From the sequence record KJ019143.1: 64,000 bases of DNA; one strand, written 5' to 3'. Positions 30,190 through 39,396 of the stretch are shown one piece after another. How positions within the stretch are numbered: position 1 is the stretch's first letter; each line of letters starts with the position of its first letter. Made by a program: the position numbers and the translations under genes. The notes under the pieces were generated by a model. It worked only from the letters and a program-made list of their open reading frames with translations. It was not told the origin of the DNA and searched no databases.

Positions 30190-30411
30190 ATGAAACCAGC
30201 AGAAATTCTCTACGAAATGCAATCCATTCGTAAAGTCTGGCATAATAATAATTTCGTTATCAGTCCCGAACTAAACCGTCGCTATTGTGAACTTCTTAAA
30301 CTCCGCCGTGAACGAGTTTCTCAATTCTATAAAGAGGGAAGGGTCGCTACAGGATCACAGACCCCCGACCTCAAAGCCCGAGAAGCCGCAAGACAAGCCG
30401 AGGTTGGTTGA
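30190..30411 (+). CDS. Hypothetical protein
   Basis: Follows element copy 30105 and AAAGGA SD. Confidence 0.72.
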   Translation: MKPAEILYEMQSIRKVWHNNNFVISPELNRRYCELLKLRRERVSQFYKEGRVATGSQTPDLKAREAARQAEVG

Positions 30412-30415
30412 GCCT

Positions 30416-30655
30416 ATGCAGGAACTTCTAGATACTTTCTATACAACTCCCTATGGTGATTTTGCCATTAGAAAGACTCGTTTCGGTGTTCATACCTCAT
30501 ATGATCGAGAGGGAACCGATTTGGTGACAGGTTTAGAGTGGATTGACGTATTCACCACCACACCTTGTCACCTACAATGGGAGAAGGAGGGTTACAAACC
30601 CCCCGAAGGTACAGTTCAAGCAACCTATGATAGTGTAGTCTCTGGAAAACTCTAA
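30416..30655 (+). CDS. Hypothetical protein
   Basis: ATG 30416 avoids overlap; ends YDSVVSGKL. Confidence 0.68.
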   Translation: MQELLDTFYTTPYGDFAIRKTRFGVHTSYDREGTDLVTGLEWIDVFTTTPCHLQWEKEGYKPPEGTVQATYDSVVSGKL

Positions 30656-31002
30656 TGGAAGACCGAAAATCACAACTATACAGCATCATGTATGATGCCA
30701 TCAGTGAATTAACTGAGCATGAGAGTGCTGAGGATATCTTTGACAATATTGTAGAGTATTTTGCTCTACGTGTTGAAGAAGCCCGTACTGAGGTTGATAC
30801 TTACACGGATATGTTAAACGTATTCCGCAAAGACAACCCAGTGAGAGACGTTCCTAGTGCAGATCCATACAAGAGAACTGAATGGGAACACGCATTTGGT
30901 GATATGGATGACATCAATCAAACATACATGCCATCAAACCAACACATCTGGAACGAGTTTCTTAAGAATATCAAATTCACGGACAATCAAGATACTAAAT
31001 AA
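30655..31002 (+). CDS. Hypothetical protein
   Basis: Coupled TAATG start, 115 aa. Confidence 0.7.
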   Translation: MEDRKSQLYSIMYDAISELTEHESAEDIFDNIVEYFALRVEEARTEVDTYTDMLNVFRKDNPVRDVPSADPYKRTEWEHAFGDMDDINQTYMPSNQHIWNEFLKNIKFTDNQDTK

Positions 31003-31022
31003 ACACTATCAGGAGAAAAGAG

Positions 31023-31220
31023 ATGACTACTGACCCAAACGATAAGTACGCTAAGTTCAAAGTACCATTTGGCACTAATGAACATCACGAAGATGATGAA
31101 TGGGATCCCACAACTGAGGGTAAAATCTCTGATTGGCACAACCGACATCAAGATAAACTCTTAGATGAGTTTTGTGACACTCACCCAGGCGCACCCCAGT
31201 GTAAGGTGTTTGACGATTAA
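31023..31220 (+). CDS. Small protein with CP12-like C-terminal motif
   Basis: FCDTHPGAPQCKVFDD matches CP12 C-x8-C-x2-[YF]DD; TAAATA at 30996-31001. Confidence 0.62.
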   Translation: MTTDPNDKYAKFKVPFGTNEHHEDDEWDPTTEGKISDWHNRHQDKLLDEFCDTHPGAPQCKVFDD

Positions 31221-31290
31221 CAAAGTGGCACAAGACCACTTGACAGTACCACATTATTAGGTTACAGTACATTTGTTCAAGAGGTTTCTC

Positions 31291-31461
31291 ATGACTACCG
31301 TTGTTGATTCAGAGGTTATCTTTGCTGACGCTTTCAGTGAAGATGGTATAGACTACGGAACTGGTTATTATGTAACTAAGTTCTATAGCAATGGTATGAC
31401 CGACCTATTTGGACCATACAATTTTGAGGAAGACGCCCTCAATCTTGCCACTGTTTATTGA
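31291..31461 (+). CDS. Hypothetical protein
   Basis: GAGG SD before ATG 31291, after TTGACA promoter. Confidence 0.6.
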   Translation: MTTVVDSEVIFADAFSEDGIDYGTGYYVTKFYSNGMTDLFGPYNFEEDALNLATVY

Positions 31462-31636
31462 TTCCTTCCTTTTTATTATGACTTTTGACACCTACGAAGA
31501 CGAAAGTATCTTCACTATTCTCGGTATTGCCGAAGAAGGTGAAGAAGAAACAGAAAACCCCTATTCCACTGAGGATACTAAAACACTAAAAGAATATGGC
31601 TATTGATTTCTCGTTCATTCTAGGTTTAGTTTTCAT

Positions 31637-31966
31637 TTGGTTGGGACTAAATATCCGTATAGTGAGAGAGGTGGAATAGTGGATTTCAGGGTAACAGTAA
31701 GAACACACACCGGGGCAGTTAGAGTTGTCGAGGTGAGCAACATGCCGAACGAGGAGGCAGCCAGAGCGGAAGCTGTTGGTATGACTTTCGGTAGGGTTCT
31801 GCAGGTTGAGTGTTTAGATGAGATCCCAGAACAATCCAAACCTAAAAAGAAAAGAGGACCAGTTCAAGAGATTGAACGAGAACTTAGACCAGGTGAAACC
31901 GAAACAATTGTAACAGGTTACAATAGCAACCCGTTAGCAGTGTTCTTCACTTTAGATGTTTTTTAG
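31637..31966 (+). CDS. Hypothetical protein
   Basis: 109-aa ORF, start uncertain (GTG 31679 possible). Confidence 0.55.
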   Translation: MVGTKYPYSERGGIVDFRVTVRTHTGAVRVVEVSNMPNEEAARAEAVGMTFGRVLQVECLDEIPEQSKPKKKRGPVQEIERELRPGETETIVTGYNSNPLAVFFTLDVF

Positions 31967-32019
31967 GGGTTGACACACCCCTTTTTTTGTGCTATACTTA
32001 TACCAATCGCAGGAGATCA

Positions 32020-32286
32020 ATGGAAGAAAACATGTCGATTTCGACAGAACTTCTAACCAGCATAAACGACGCCATGTATGTTGCCACTAACAACGCAGCT
32101 ACTTACATGCACGGTGATAGAGGTGCTGACGCTATGTGTCTCCTAAACGAGTGGACTACAGAGGATGGTGAATGTTTACTCACACAATATGCAAAGGGTG
32201 AAGTATGTGAGCACATGGGAACTTTCATGTTTATCAACCTAGAAGAAGAAACATGGGGTGAGTTTATTATATCCGATGATGAGTAA
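32020..32286 (+). CDS. Hypothetical protein
   Basis: AGGAG SD after TTGACA-17-TATACT promoter (31970-31998). Confidence 0.68.
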   Translation: MEENMSISTELLTSINDAMYVATNNAATYMHGDRGADAMCLLNEWTTEDGECLLTQYAKGEVCEHMGTFMFINLEEETWGEFIISDDE

Positions 32287-32533
32287 ACTATATACTACAG
32301 ACAATTATTCAGGTACAATGAACCTAACTGAACATCAAAAGATTCAACTCTCACAATTTATTCATGAGTCGTTCTCTACATTCTATGAGGAGGAACTAAA
32401 GTTTCAAGTAGAAACTCTAAAAGATGATGATAAGTTGGATTGGACTTATACAATCACACCAAGAGACTCAGGGGAGATTTATGATAAGGTTCAGGAATTA
32501 TTCACACTGGAAAGGCGTGTGACAGTAGAATAA
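32276..32533 (+). CDS. Hypothetical protein
   Basis: Ends RRVTVE* inside element 32518. Confidence 0.62.
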   Translation: MMSKLYTTDNYSGTMNLTEHQKIQLSQFIHESFSTFYEEELKFQVETLKDDDKLDWTYTITPRDSGEIYDKVQELFTLERRVTVE

Positions 32534-32599
32534 GTGACACAAGGGGGGTTGGCAAACCCCCTTTTTGCTGCCATAATATACTCATACACACAAAGACCA

Positions 32600-32728
32600 A
32601 TGAACGTCCCCAACTGGCAGAAACACTCCAAGAAAGACCAGAAGGGTCGCGGAGTGAGCAAGGGTCAGATGAGAGCCCGCAAACAGGCTCTACGTGCCCT
32701 AAAGGCAAAGCTCCTTGTGACAGTCTAG
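32600..32728 (+). CDS. Small basic hypothetical protein
   Basis: MNVPNWQKHSKK...LLVTV*, single gene between two elements. Confidence 0.65.
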   Translation: MNVPNWQKHSKKDQKGRGVSKGQMRARKQALRALKAKLLVTV

Positions 32729-32798
32729 GAAGTGGCACAAGCCCCCTAGGCAAGACCCCCAAACCCTGCTATACTAAACACATACAAAGGAAACCACC

Positions 32799-33203
32799 AT
32801 GGCTCGTCACTCTGAAGTTCTCATCCAAGGCACTGAAGTTCCTGGTCTTCGTATGATCGTAACCGTCCCCGTTGACCACACCTGGGCATCAGAAACCGCC
32901 GAGAGTATCTATGGATTTGGTGGCAACACCCAATACATCTGGCGGAAGTCTTGGGAGACTAACCAACCCGCTCGTCGCAGTGGTGGTGGTTCCTCCTCCT
33001 CTGGAATGGGTCCTGGAGCTATCCTGATGGGGATGATTGGTCTTATCCTGGTTGCTGGTATTGGTTCCGCCTTTGAGGATGACTCCCCCTCAGCTCCTTC
33101 CTATGACGCTCCCGCACCTATTGAGCGGACATATGTCCCACAGGCACCCGCAGCCTCCTATGACAATGGCCCTTGTCTAACCGCTAACTTCGAACCTTGT
33201 TAA
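32799..33203 (+). CDS. Hypothetical membrane protein
   Basis: One TM segment, Pro/Ala-rich C-terminus. Confidence 0.7.
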   Translation: MARHSEVLIQGTEVPGLRMIVTVPVDHTWASETAESIYGFGGNTQYIWRKSWETNQPARRSGGGSSSSGMGPGAILMGMIGLILVAGIGSAFEDDSPSAPSYDAPAPIERTYVPQAPAASYDNGPCLTANFEPC

Positions 33204-33370
33204 TATGAAAGACTTTCGTCCTCCGCATCACACCACCACTAAAGAAGAGTGGGAGTTTATTTTCCAAACACAGATACATAACTGCGCCCAACTAAAGAAC
33301 ACAGAACTCCAACGTTTTGTGTGTGTAGATAGTACGGGCAACAAAACTACCAAATACGTTATCGAATACA

Positions 33371-33661
33371 ATGACTGAAAAAGAAGTAGAGCTACACTTT
33401 GGGAGTGAGTATGAGGCTGGCATTGACTATGGGGATAGTGATGATTCAGACATTTTAGACTACACCAAAGAAGTAAGTGTCACACTAACCCGTTCAGATT
33501 GGAATTGGTTTGTTACACTGATGTCAGACTCCGTTAATAAGATGGAGGCTGCAGTTTCTGCACAAGGTATGGATGCTGAGTCCTTCCTTTCTATTGATGT
33601 TCTTCGCACTATTCGTAATGAAATCGCAACTCAGAGTGGGCTCACTCAATACATTGATTGA
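33371..33661 (+). CDS. Hypothetical protein
   Basis: 96-aa acidic ORF in operon. Confidence 0.62.
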   Translation: MTEKEVELHFGSEYEAGIDYGDSDDSDILDYTKEVSVTLTRSDWNWFVTLMSDSVNKMEAAVSAQGMDAESFLSIDVLRTIRNEIATQSGLTQYID

Positions 33662-33662
33662 G

Positions 33663-33935
33663 ATGCCAGTAGTGGCACCTAAAGGTTATCACTATGAGGC
33701 AGTAGAACACAAACAAAACGTAGTGGCTATTTGGTTATGTGGAGGTCCAACATACCTCTACAAGATGGGAGAAACTGCTAGAACTATTCACTCCTTCTAT
33801 AATATTAAGAAGAAAACCTGGTATGCACCTATCAACTGCAAGAAGCCAGGTAAGGAGGTATCAGTGGATAAGATACGACCTTACACATCAATGCAACTGA
33901 ACTACAACCCTCTGGAGATGCTACTATATGGCTAA
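33663..33935 (+). CDS. Hypothetical protein of a cyanophage-type family
   Basis: PKGYHYE..HSFYNIKKK..PINCKKPGKEV..PYTSMQLN. Confidence 0.72.
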   Translation: MPVVAPKGYHYEAVEHKQNVVAIWLCGGPTYLYKMGETARTIHSFYNIKKKTWYAPINCKKPGKEVSVDKIRPYTSMQLNYNPLEMLLYG

Positions 33936-33970
33936 ATATATGTTATAATAACATAACATATATCACGAAT

Positions 33971-34192
33971 ATGAAGTCCAAAGACCAATACAAGAAAGAG
34001 TTTCAATTCACACTGAATACATCTGATGATAAGATCGCGGAAGAGAATATTCTTCACGATTTCGCCAGAGAGGTTTCAGTTATTGATGCTTTCCTACAAG
34101 GTGGGAAGGTATCACTAAAGGAGGCAAAACAGCGTATCAAAGATGTATACAAAGTGTGGAAGAACTCACTGAAAAACAACAACCAAATGTAA
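33971..34192 (+). CDS. Hypothetical protein
   Basis: TAAATA at 33933-33938 upstream. Confidence 0.65.
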   Translation: MKSKDQYKKEFQFTLNTSDDKIAEENILHDFAREVSVIDAFLQGGKVSLKEAKQRIKDVYKVWKNSLKNNNQM

Positions 34193-34579
34193 ATGGAACC
34201 TTTCCTGCTAATGGCTGTTGATGTAGCTGAGTCTTCACCTTCTAGAAAGAAGGTTGGAGCTGTTCTAATGAATAAGAACAAAGTTATAGCAACAGCCACA
34301 AATCATGATTGTAAATCACACCCTCTACAAGCAAAGTGGGCAGAACGTGTGGGACTATCTGAAAAGATATATCTACACGCTGAAATGTCAGCAATGATCA
34401 AAGCTCGTGATGACTCAGACAAAATCGTTGTAGTTAGACTAGGAGGACATTCTGGTCACGAACTACGACAATCTCGTCCTTGTCCTATATGTGAATCATA
34501 CCTGAAACATTCAGGCATTGAACACGTATATTATTCCACTGGGAATAACAAATTTACCTATGAATACTGGGGGAAATGA
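34193..34579 (+). CDS. Zinc-dependent nucleoside/nucleotide deaminase (CDA superfamily)
   Basis: LHAEMSA and SRPCPIC zinc motifs, KVGAVL strand. Confidence 0.88.
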   Translation: MEPFLLMAVDVAESSPSRKKVGAVLMNKNKVIATATNHDCKSHPLQAKWAERVGLSEKIYLHAEMSAMIKARDDSDKIVVVRLGGHSGHELRQSRPCPICESYLKHSGIEHVYYSTGNNKFTYEYWGK

Positions 34580-34776
34580 TGGAAACGTTCACAGCAACTT
34601 GTCCCAAAGACTACGACAGACATCACTATTCAGTTGTCAACAAAGACGGCACGAATAGGATGTTTAGTAGTTGGGAACTCGCACAGAGTTACTGGTGGCA
34701 TACTAACAAACTTGGTACACTATCACACATCGATGTGATAGACTATAAAGAACAATCAAGAGGTTTTGGAGCATGA
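34576..34776 (+). CDS. Hypothetical protein
   Basis: Coupled ORF; CPKDYDRHHY. Confidence 0.65.
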   Translation: MMETFTATCPKDYDRHHYSVVNKDGTNRMFSSWELAQSYWWHTNKLGTLSHIDVIDYKEQSRGFGA

Positions 34777-34991
34777 ACATGTTGGGTAAACAATCAGAGA
34801 CTGGGATGAAAGTAACCTTTCTTGGTTATATCCCAGAACAAGTGAAGTTTGCAGGATCTGACACACCAGACAAACTGAATACCACTACAACATATACCAT
34901 TGAACAGGTAAAACGATTCAACTCGTATACCAAGATCAAACTAGTTGGTGATGATCTGTGGTATAATTCAGTTCACTTTAGAGTTACTTAA
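34773..34991 (+). CDS. Hypothetical protein
   Basis: Coupled ORF. Confidence 0.65.
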   Translation: MNMLGKQSETGMKVTFLGYIPEQVKFAGSDTPDKLNTTTTYTIEQVKRFNSYTKIKLVGDDLWYNSVHFRVT

Positions 34992-35191
34992 TGGATAACA
35001 TCTATGGGCGTGAGTATCACAGACATGCTGTTGATTACGCTCTGATGATAGGTGAGTTAGAAGGAACTTACACTCACCTGAAACGAATGTCTTACTTTGA
35101 GGATGCTGCTATCCTTGAAGAAATGAAGAAACGTTACTACAAGATCTACTTCCGTACCTTACGTGAAGAAAGAGAAAAAGCAGAAAACTAA
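34991..35191 (+). CDS. Hypothetical protein
   Basis: Coupled TAATG start. Confidence 0.62.
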   Translation: MDNIYGREYHRHAVDYALMIGELEGTYTHLKRMSYFEDAAILEEMKKRYYKIYFRTLREEREKAEN

Positions 35192-35209
35192 CCTAATTGA
35201 GGATTTTGA

Positions 35210-35518
35210 ATGGTGTTAACTTGGACCGACGAAGAGAAAGTAAACCTAACCCGTGCAGAGGTTAGTATTCATGGGGAGAATATCACTCCAGATAAACTAG
35301 ACAACAAAACTCTACCAACAGATATTCATGTCATTGAATATGAGATGGAAGGTGTAACTTACTACGACGCGGTTCGTGCCTACAAAATGGTTAGCATCTT
35401 TGATGTATATCACGATAAGCTAAAAGGTGGTGGTAAAGTTGTTAGAATCACCAATGGGTATGGTAGCATTAGACCTAACCTGTGGAACAACAATAAGAGT
35501 GAGAAAGGTGATGAGTGA
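35210..35518 (+). CDS. Hypothetical protein of a cyanophage-type family
   Basis: LPTDIHVIEY..YYDAVRAYKMVSIFDVYHD..GYGSIRPNLW. Confidence 0.72.
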   Translation: MVLTWTDEEKVNLTRAEVSIHGENITPDKLDNKTLPTDIHVIEYEMEGVTYYDAVRAYKMVSIFDVYHDKLKGGGKVVRITNGYGSIRPNLWNNNKSEKGDE

Positions 35519-35690
35519 GAGGAAGTCTGAAGACTGGATTAGTGAGTGGAAAGGAATGAATGATGAGTTCATTGAAGAAGACACTATGTTCAGACTTGAC
35601 ATTCCTTCCACTGAAAAGACACAAGAATGGATGGATAGAGAACCATTAATCTTAAAAGTAGATCACTCGAAGTATTATTTTGATGACTGA
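35511..35690 (+). CDS. Hypothetical protein
   Basis: Coupled ORF. Confidence 0.55.
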   Translation: MSERKSEDWISEWKGMNDEFIEEDTMFRLDIPSTEKTQEWMDREPLILKVDHSKYYFDD

Positions 35691-35886
35691 AGAAGATCCA
35701 ATGATCAACTGGAAACAGAAGATGATGAAACATTGCACCCACGATTGGGAAAAGCAACTATTACGTGAAGGTGCCACATCATCTGTGACAGCAATGGGTA
35801 TAATGTCACTAAAGAAACGATACAAAAGGATTATGGGTATTGATGATGATCCAAAGCCACCTGTAGTTCAGTACGCCTCCTATTGA
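35680..35886 (+). CDS. Hypothetical protein
   Basis: Coupled ORF. Confidence 0.62.
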   Translation: MMTEEDPMINWKQKMMKHCTHDWEKQLLREGATSSVTAMGIMSLKKRYKRIMGIDDDPKPPVVQYASY

Positions 35887-35892
35887 TACTTT

Positions 35893-36297
35893 ATGAATAA
35901 GAACAAGCACAATGAGACTGTAGGATCTACAGTAGAAAGATCAGACGAGAGGATCAAAGACACTGGGGAGGTATTCACTCCCCTAGAACTGTGTCGTGAG
36001 ATGGTGAACGAGATCCCCGAATCTACCCTACAAGATCCCAACTCCACCTTTTTAGATAATTCTGCTGGCTGTGGTAACTTCCTCATCGCCCTCAGGGACC
36101 GGCTATTGGAATATCATGAGTTATCACATATCGTAGACAATATGATCTACTGTGTGGAACTTATGGAGGACAACCATAGGGAAATATGTAAGACAATGGG
36201 TGTATCTACCGATCATCCACACTATGTAAGGGCAAATGCACTGGAATACGATTATAGCTTCGGCAACCCCGTTGGGTTGGAAGGTTTCTTCGTGTGA
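35893..36297 (+). CDS. Short N6-adenine DNA methyltransferase-like protein (SAM-binding half only)
   Basis: TGEVFTP, FLDNSAGCGNFL, VELMEDN; no NPPY motif; stop inside element 36293. Confidence 0.8.
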   Translation: MNKNKHNETVGSTVERSDERIKDTGEVFTPLELCREMVNEIPESTLQDPNSTFLDNSAGCGNFLIALRDRLLEYHELSHIVDNMIYCVELMEDNHREICKTMGVSTDHPHYVRANALEYDYSFGNPVGLEGFFV

Positions 36298-36374
36298 CAC
36301 CTGAATAACTGGCACAAGGGGGGTAGGCACCCCCCTTTTTTTGTGCTATACTACATTCATACCAAACCAATACT

Positions 36375-36551
36375 ATGTTTGAATTGATGTTACTGGCGGG
36401 GGTGGCATTCACACCTCTCCAAGGATCAGAAACTATCAACCAATTTTGTTCTGAAGTTGTTGGTATCCCATACGCCAGTGATAACTTCACTGATGAAGAA
36501 TGGGAACGTTTTACTTATTGTCGTGAATCTATCAAGGTACCTCAAAAATGA
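36375..36551 (+). CDS. Small hypothetical protein (58 aa, not in ORF track)
   Basis: MFELMLLAGVAFTPLQGS..FCSEVVGIPYASDNF..YCR; follows element leader. Confidence 0.6.
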   Translation: MFELMLLAGVAFTPLQGSETINQFCSEVVGIPYASDNFTDEEWERFTYCRESIKVPQK

Positions 36552-36835
36552 AAGAATCAATCATGTCTGGCATCAAAGGCGCTCTAATCGGCACAGGTTC
36601 TGCACTCGTTGTGTTTGCTGGAATTGAGTTCTTCTTCCCTACCCCAGATACATACACAATCGATCTCAACAAAAGAGAAACTATCTCCCTAAAGATGTCT
36701 GTTATTCGCACACCCTGTGGATATGATTATTGTTTCATTCCTGCCATCAAAGAAGGAGAAGCAATTGAGATTGAAACACATAACCCAAACCCTGAGCCCG
36801 GTTTCCTTCGCCCTGTAGAATCTACTGATTACTGA
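36548..36835 (+). CDS. Hypothetical membrane-anchored protein
   Basis: N-terminal hydrophobic segment. Confidence 0.62.
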   Translation: MKESIMSGIKGALIGTGSALVVFAGIEFFFPTPDTYTIDLNKRETISLKMSVIRTPCGYDYCFIPAIKEGEAIEIETHNPNPEPGFLRPVESTDY

Positions 36836-36836
36836 T

Positions 36837-37046
36837 ATGGATTATCAACCCCCAACTCTCTGTATTCGGAGTATTGAACCAGCTGCAACTCCCGGTAGGT
36901 TCCTGTTAGATATGCCTTCACTTTGGAGAGAACCAGGAGCATTAGAGGTGGATCAATATACCATCGATTATGTTACTGGTGGGAAATATGAGGTTCCTAA
37001 ATGTCCCCCAGGTTATCCAAATCCACCAACCCCCGATACACAATGA
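36837..37046 (+). CDS. Hypothetical protein
   Basis: 69-aa Pro-rich ORF in operon. Confidence 0.6.
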   Translation: MDYQPPTLCIRSIEPAATPGRFLLDMPSLWREPGALEVDQYTIDYVTGGKYEVPKCPPGYPNPPTPDTQ

Positions 37047-37233
37047 CACCCGAAGAATTTGAAGAGAACGCAAGAATTATCACGGGTGACCCAACATGGT
37101 CACTAGATGATGATGTGACAGTTGAGGAAGTGTCACAAGCCCCCTTGGCAAACCCCCTGAAACCTGTTATCTTATAGGAGTGGGAGAGATACACCCCCCA
37201 CACCAAACAAACCCCTTACAACCCCTTCTAAGT

Positions 37234-37584
37234 ATGAATCTCAAGGCACTGGCACTCACTTCCGTTCTCGCCGTTGGTGGTATCTTTGGATCAGTTGCAC
37301 CAGCATCAGCTGGCACCTGTTGGTTTGAAAACTACAGTGGTAGTTTGTCTCCAACATATTGTTCCACATATGTTAGGACTAACGCTAACGGACACAGGGT
37401 TGTGGATGTTGTTGACTATGAAGGAACCGCGATGACGTTAGTATTCTGGACTGATAGTTCAGTTGAGATTCTCTACACTAACGGACAATACAATGGTAAC
37501 CGAGTTGTGGCAACTTGGTACTTCGATGATGATGGTGACCGTCGCATCTATGTTGGTGACTTTGAAATGAGTCTCCGAGTTTGA
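37234..37584 (+). CDS. Hypothetical exported protein
   Basis: Signal peptide MNLKALALTSVLAV..APASA. Confidence 0.72.
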   Translation: MNLKALALTSVLAVGGIFGSVAPASAGTCWFENYSGSLSPTYCSTYVRTNANGHRVVDVVDYEGTAMTLVFWTDSSVEILYTNGQYNGNRVVATWYFDDDGDRRIYVGDFEMSLRV

Positions 37585-37591
37585 TAACACT

Positions 37592-37616
37592 GGAGGGTTA
37601 TAAACCCTCCTTTTTT
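37592..37616 (+). terminator. Intrinsic terminator
   Basis: GGAGGGTT-ATA-AACCCTCC followed by T6. Confidence 0.85.
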
Positions 37617-37678
37617 ATGCCATGTTGCCACTACAGTGAATATGTGTTATAATACCTTTGTCAGGATCAGTAGGGATT

Positions 37679-37945
37679 ATGAAACGCAAAGCAACCAGGA
37701 ACTTCGACCTTAGAATAAGGTTAGACGGCAACAAGTGGAAGGTAGTTCAGTTAGAAGAAGGTAAGATTATTACCCCAGCTAAGTTGAAAGAACTGAACGC
37801 TAGACAGATAAGAGATTATACAGAAGAAGTTAAAGAGGTTGACTTAAGTTTTCTATCACCAGAAGATAAGCGTTACTACCGTAAACATAAGTCTAATCCA
37901 GATATGGATTGGGCTCTAGATATTCTCTCCTACCCCTCCAACTAA
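37679..37945 (+). CDS. Hypothetical protein
   Basis: Preceded by TTGCCA..TGTTATAAT promoter-like sequence. Confidence 0.6.
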   Translation: MKRKATRNFDLRIRLDGNKWKVVQLEEGKIITPAKLKELNARQIRDYTEEVKEVDLSFLSPEDKRYYRKHKSNPDMDWALDILSYPSN

Positions 37946-38120
37946 ATGAAAAGCAAGTATGTAGAGCTTATGTCCTTATGGAAAAGAGCTATGTCAATGA
38001 ACAACAAAGAGGAAGCATTCCGTCTAAAGAGTGAGGCTAACCAACTCATTATAGAAGGGAAGGTAACAGATAGGGAGATAACAGCAGGTAAGTTTATTGG
38101 TTGGCGTTGATTGATATAAA

Positions 38121-38262
38121 CTGATTTTCTCATATTCAGGGAGCACGGGGTGACCTGTTCTCCCTTTCTTTATGCCGATATGGATTTTTACGAGTTTGGG
38201 TCTAGTGCCTGACTGGGTTCTCAGGGGGCAACAAACCCCATATCACCCTGATACCACCCCCC
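38121..38262. repeat. Non-coding fixed-spacing element, copy A
   Basis: Blocks CTGATTTT, CCGATATGGATTTTT, GTCTAGTG, ACTGGGTTCTCAG shared with 47950-48071. Confidence 0.8.
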
Positions 38263-38388
38263 TACACAAAACCACAAACCATTGTGCCAGTTGGACTAGT
38301 GGCACAACCCCCCTAGGCAAACCCACAGCAGTCGTGTATTGTATAGAAGTGGAGGGGAGACCCACCACACAAACCATTCACCAAAACA

Positions 38389-38580
38389 ATGACTGAGATT
38401 TACACACAACCAACATTCTCAGTTCATTACTCAAGTGATGAACACGATCAAATCTTAACTGAAACTGATTCTCTCTTTGAAGCAACTTGTGAGTACTACG
38501 AGATGATCGAAGATTTAGAAGATGATGAATGGATTTCAATCTACAATGAAGATTACAAAATCCTCAAGATTTCAGAATGA
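38389..38580 (+). CDS. Acidic hypothetical protein
   Basis: Flanked by 25-nt direct repeats. Confidence 0.62.
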   Translation: MTEIYTQPTFSVHYSSDEHDQILTETDSLFEATCEYYEMIEDLEDDEWISIYNEDYKILKISE

Positions 38581-38615
38581 GGGGAGACCCACCACACAAA
38601 CCACTAACTAACCAA

Positions 38616-38798
38616 ATGAACCGTATCCAAATCAACAAAGAACTCACACAACTTCGCGAAGAACGTGAAAAAGCACAGCGTGAAGTTGATAACATTCAAG
38701 CATGTATGAATGAGTTGATGAAGAAGCGTAATGAGTTGGATATGGAACAAGAAGAGCGTTCAGGTCAGATGTTATTCGACCAGATGTTCGGAGGTTGA
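38616..38798 (+). CDS. Coiled-coil hypothetical protein
   Basis: ATG 38616 after A/C-rich leader. Confidence 0.62.
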   Translation: MNRIQINKELTQLREEREKAQREVDNIQACMNELMKKRNELDMEQEERSGQMLFDQMFGG

Positions 38799-38827
38799 GT
38801 TAGTAACACAAACTATTCACTAAAACA

Positions 38828-39073
38828 ATGAACACAACAACAATCAACATTCTCAAATCACTGGACATTCTTTCCACTTTGATTCAGGCATTCTATGAGA
38901 TTGGATATGAACTTGGCACCTTCTATCGCAACCATCTTCATTCACATGTGAAGTTTGCTATTGAATACTCTGGTCTTGTTATTCGTGAGACCTATGGTAA
39001 CCGTCAAGAGTATTTCACAAAACTGAATAACTTCCGCAACCAAGCTGGTTCATACTTTGTCTATAGCGTGTGA
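38828..39073 (+). CDS. Hypothetical protein
   Basis: Stop is the TGA of element 39069. Confidence 0.65.
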   Translation: MNTTTINILKSLDILSTLIQAFYEIGYELGTFYRNHLHSHVKFAIEYSGLVIRETYGNRQEYFTKLNNFRNQAGSYFVYSV

Positions 39074-39153
39074 CAGTTGAGGAAGTGGCACAACCCCCCT
39101 TGGCAAACCCCTCAGGGGGTGCTATACTATATTCATACCAAAGGGAACCACCC

Positions 39154-39396
39154 ATGACTCACCTTTCCTTCACTCAGACCACACAAAACGCACTCCGTGA
39201 GTTAGATCGTTTAGAGGGAATTAAAGTTAGACTCGCTGGTCTGATTGTTGATCTTAAAGAGACACCATCAGCTAACTCTGAGACTTGGGTCAGGATGTAT
39301 ACTGACCGCCTCGTTTCTAATGTTATCCCAGCCATCAAGGAAGTTAAAGAATATCTCACTAGTCAGGATGCACTAGTTACCAAAGCATCCAACTGA
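39154..39396 (+). CDS. Hypothetical protein
   Basis: ATG after element leader; the ORF-track start at 39070 reads through the promoter. Confidence 0.68.
   Translation: MTHLSFTQTTQNALRELDRLEGIKVRLAGLIVDLKETPSANSETWVRMYTDRLVSNVIPAIKEVKEYLTSQDALVTKASN

Noticed and set aside
39070-39153. Long ORF-track N-termini (39070, 39736, 45303, 46105, 46590, 49528, 53640)
   Set aside because: They are translations of the repeat element itself; true starts follow the shared leader
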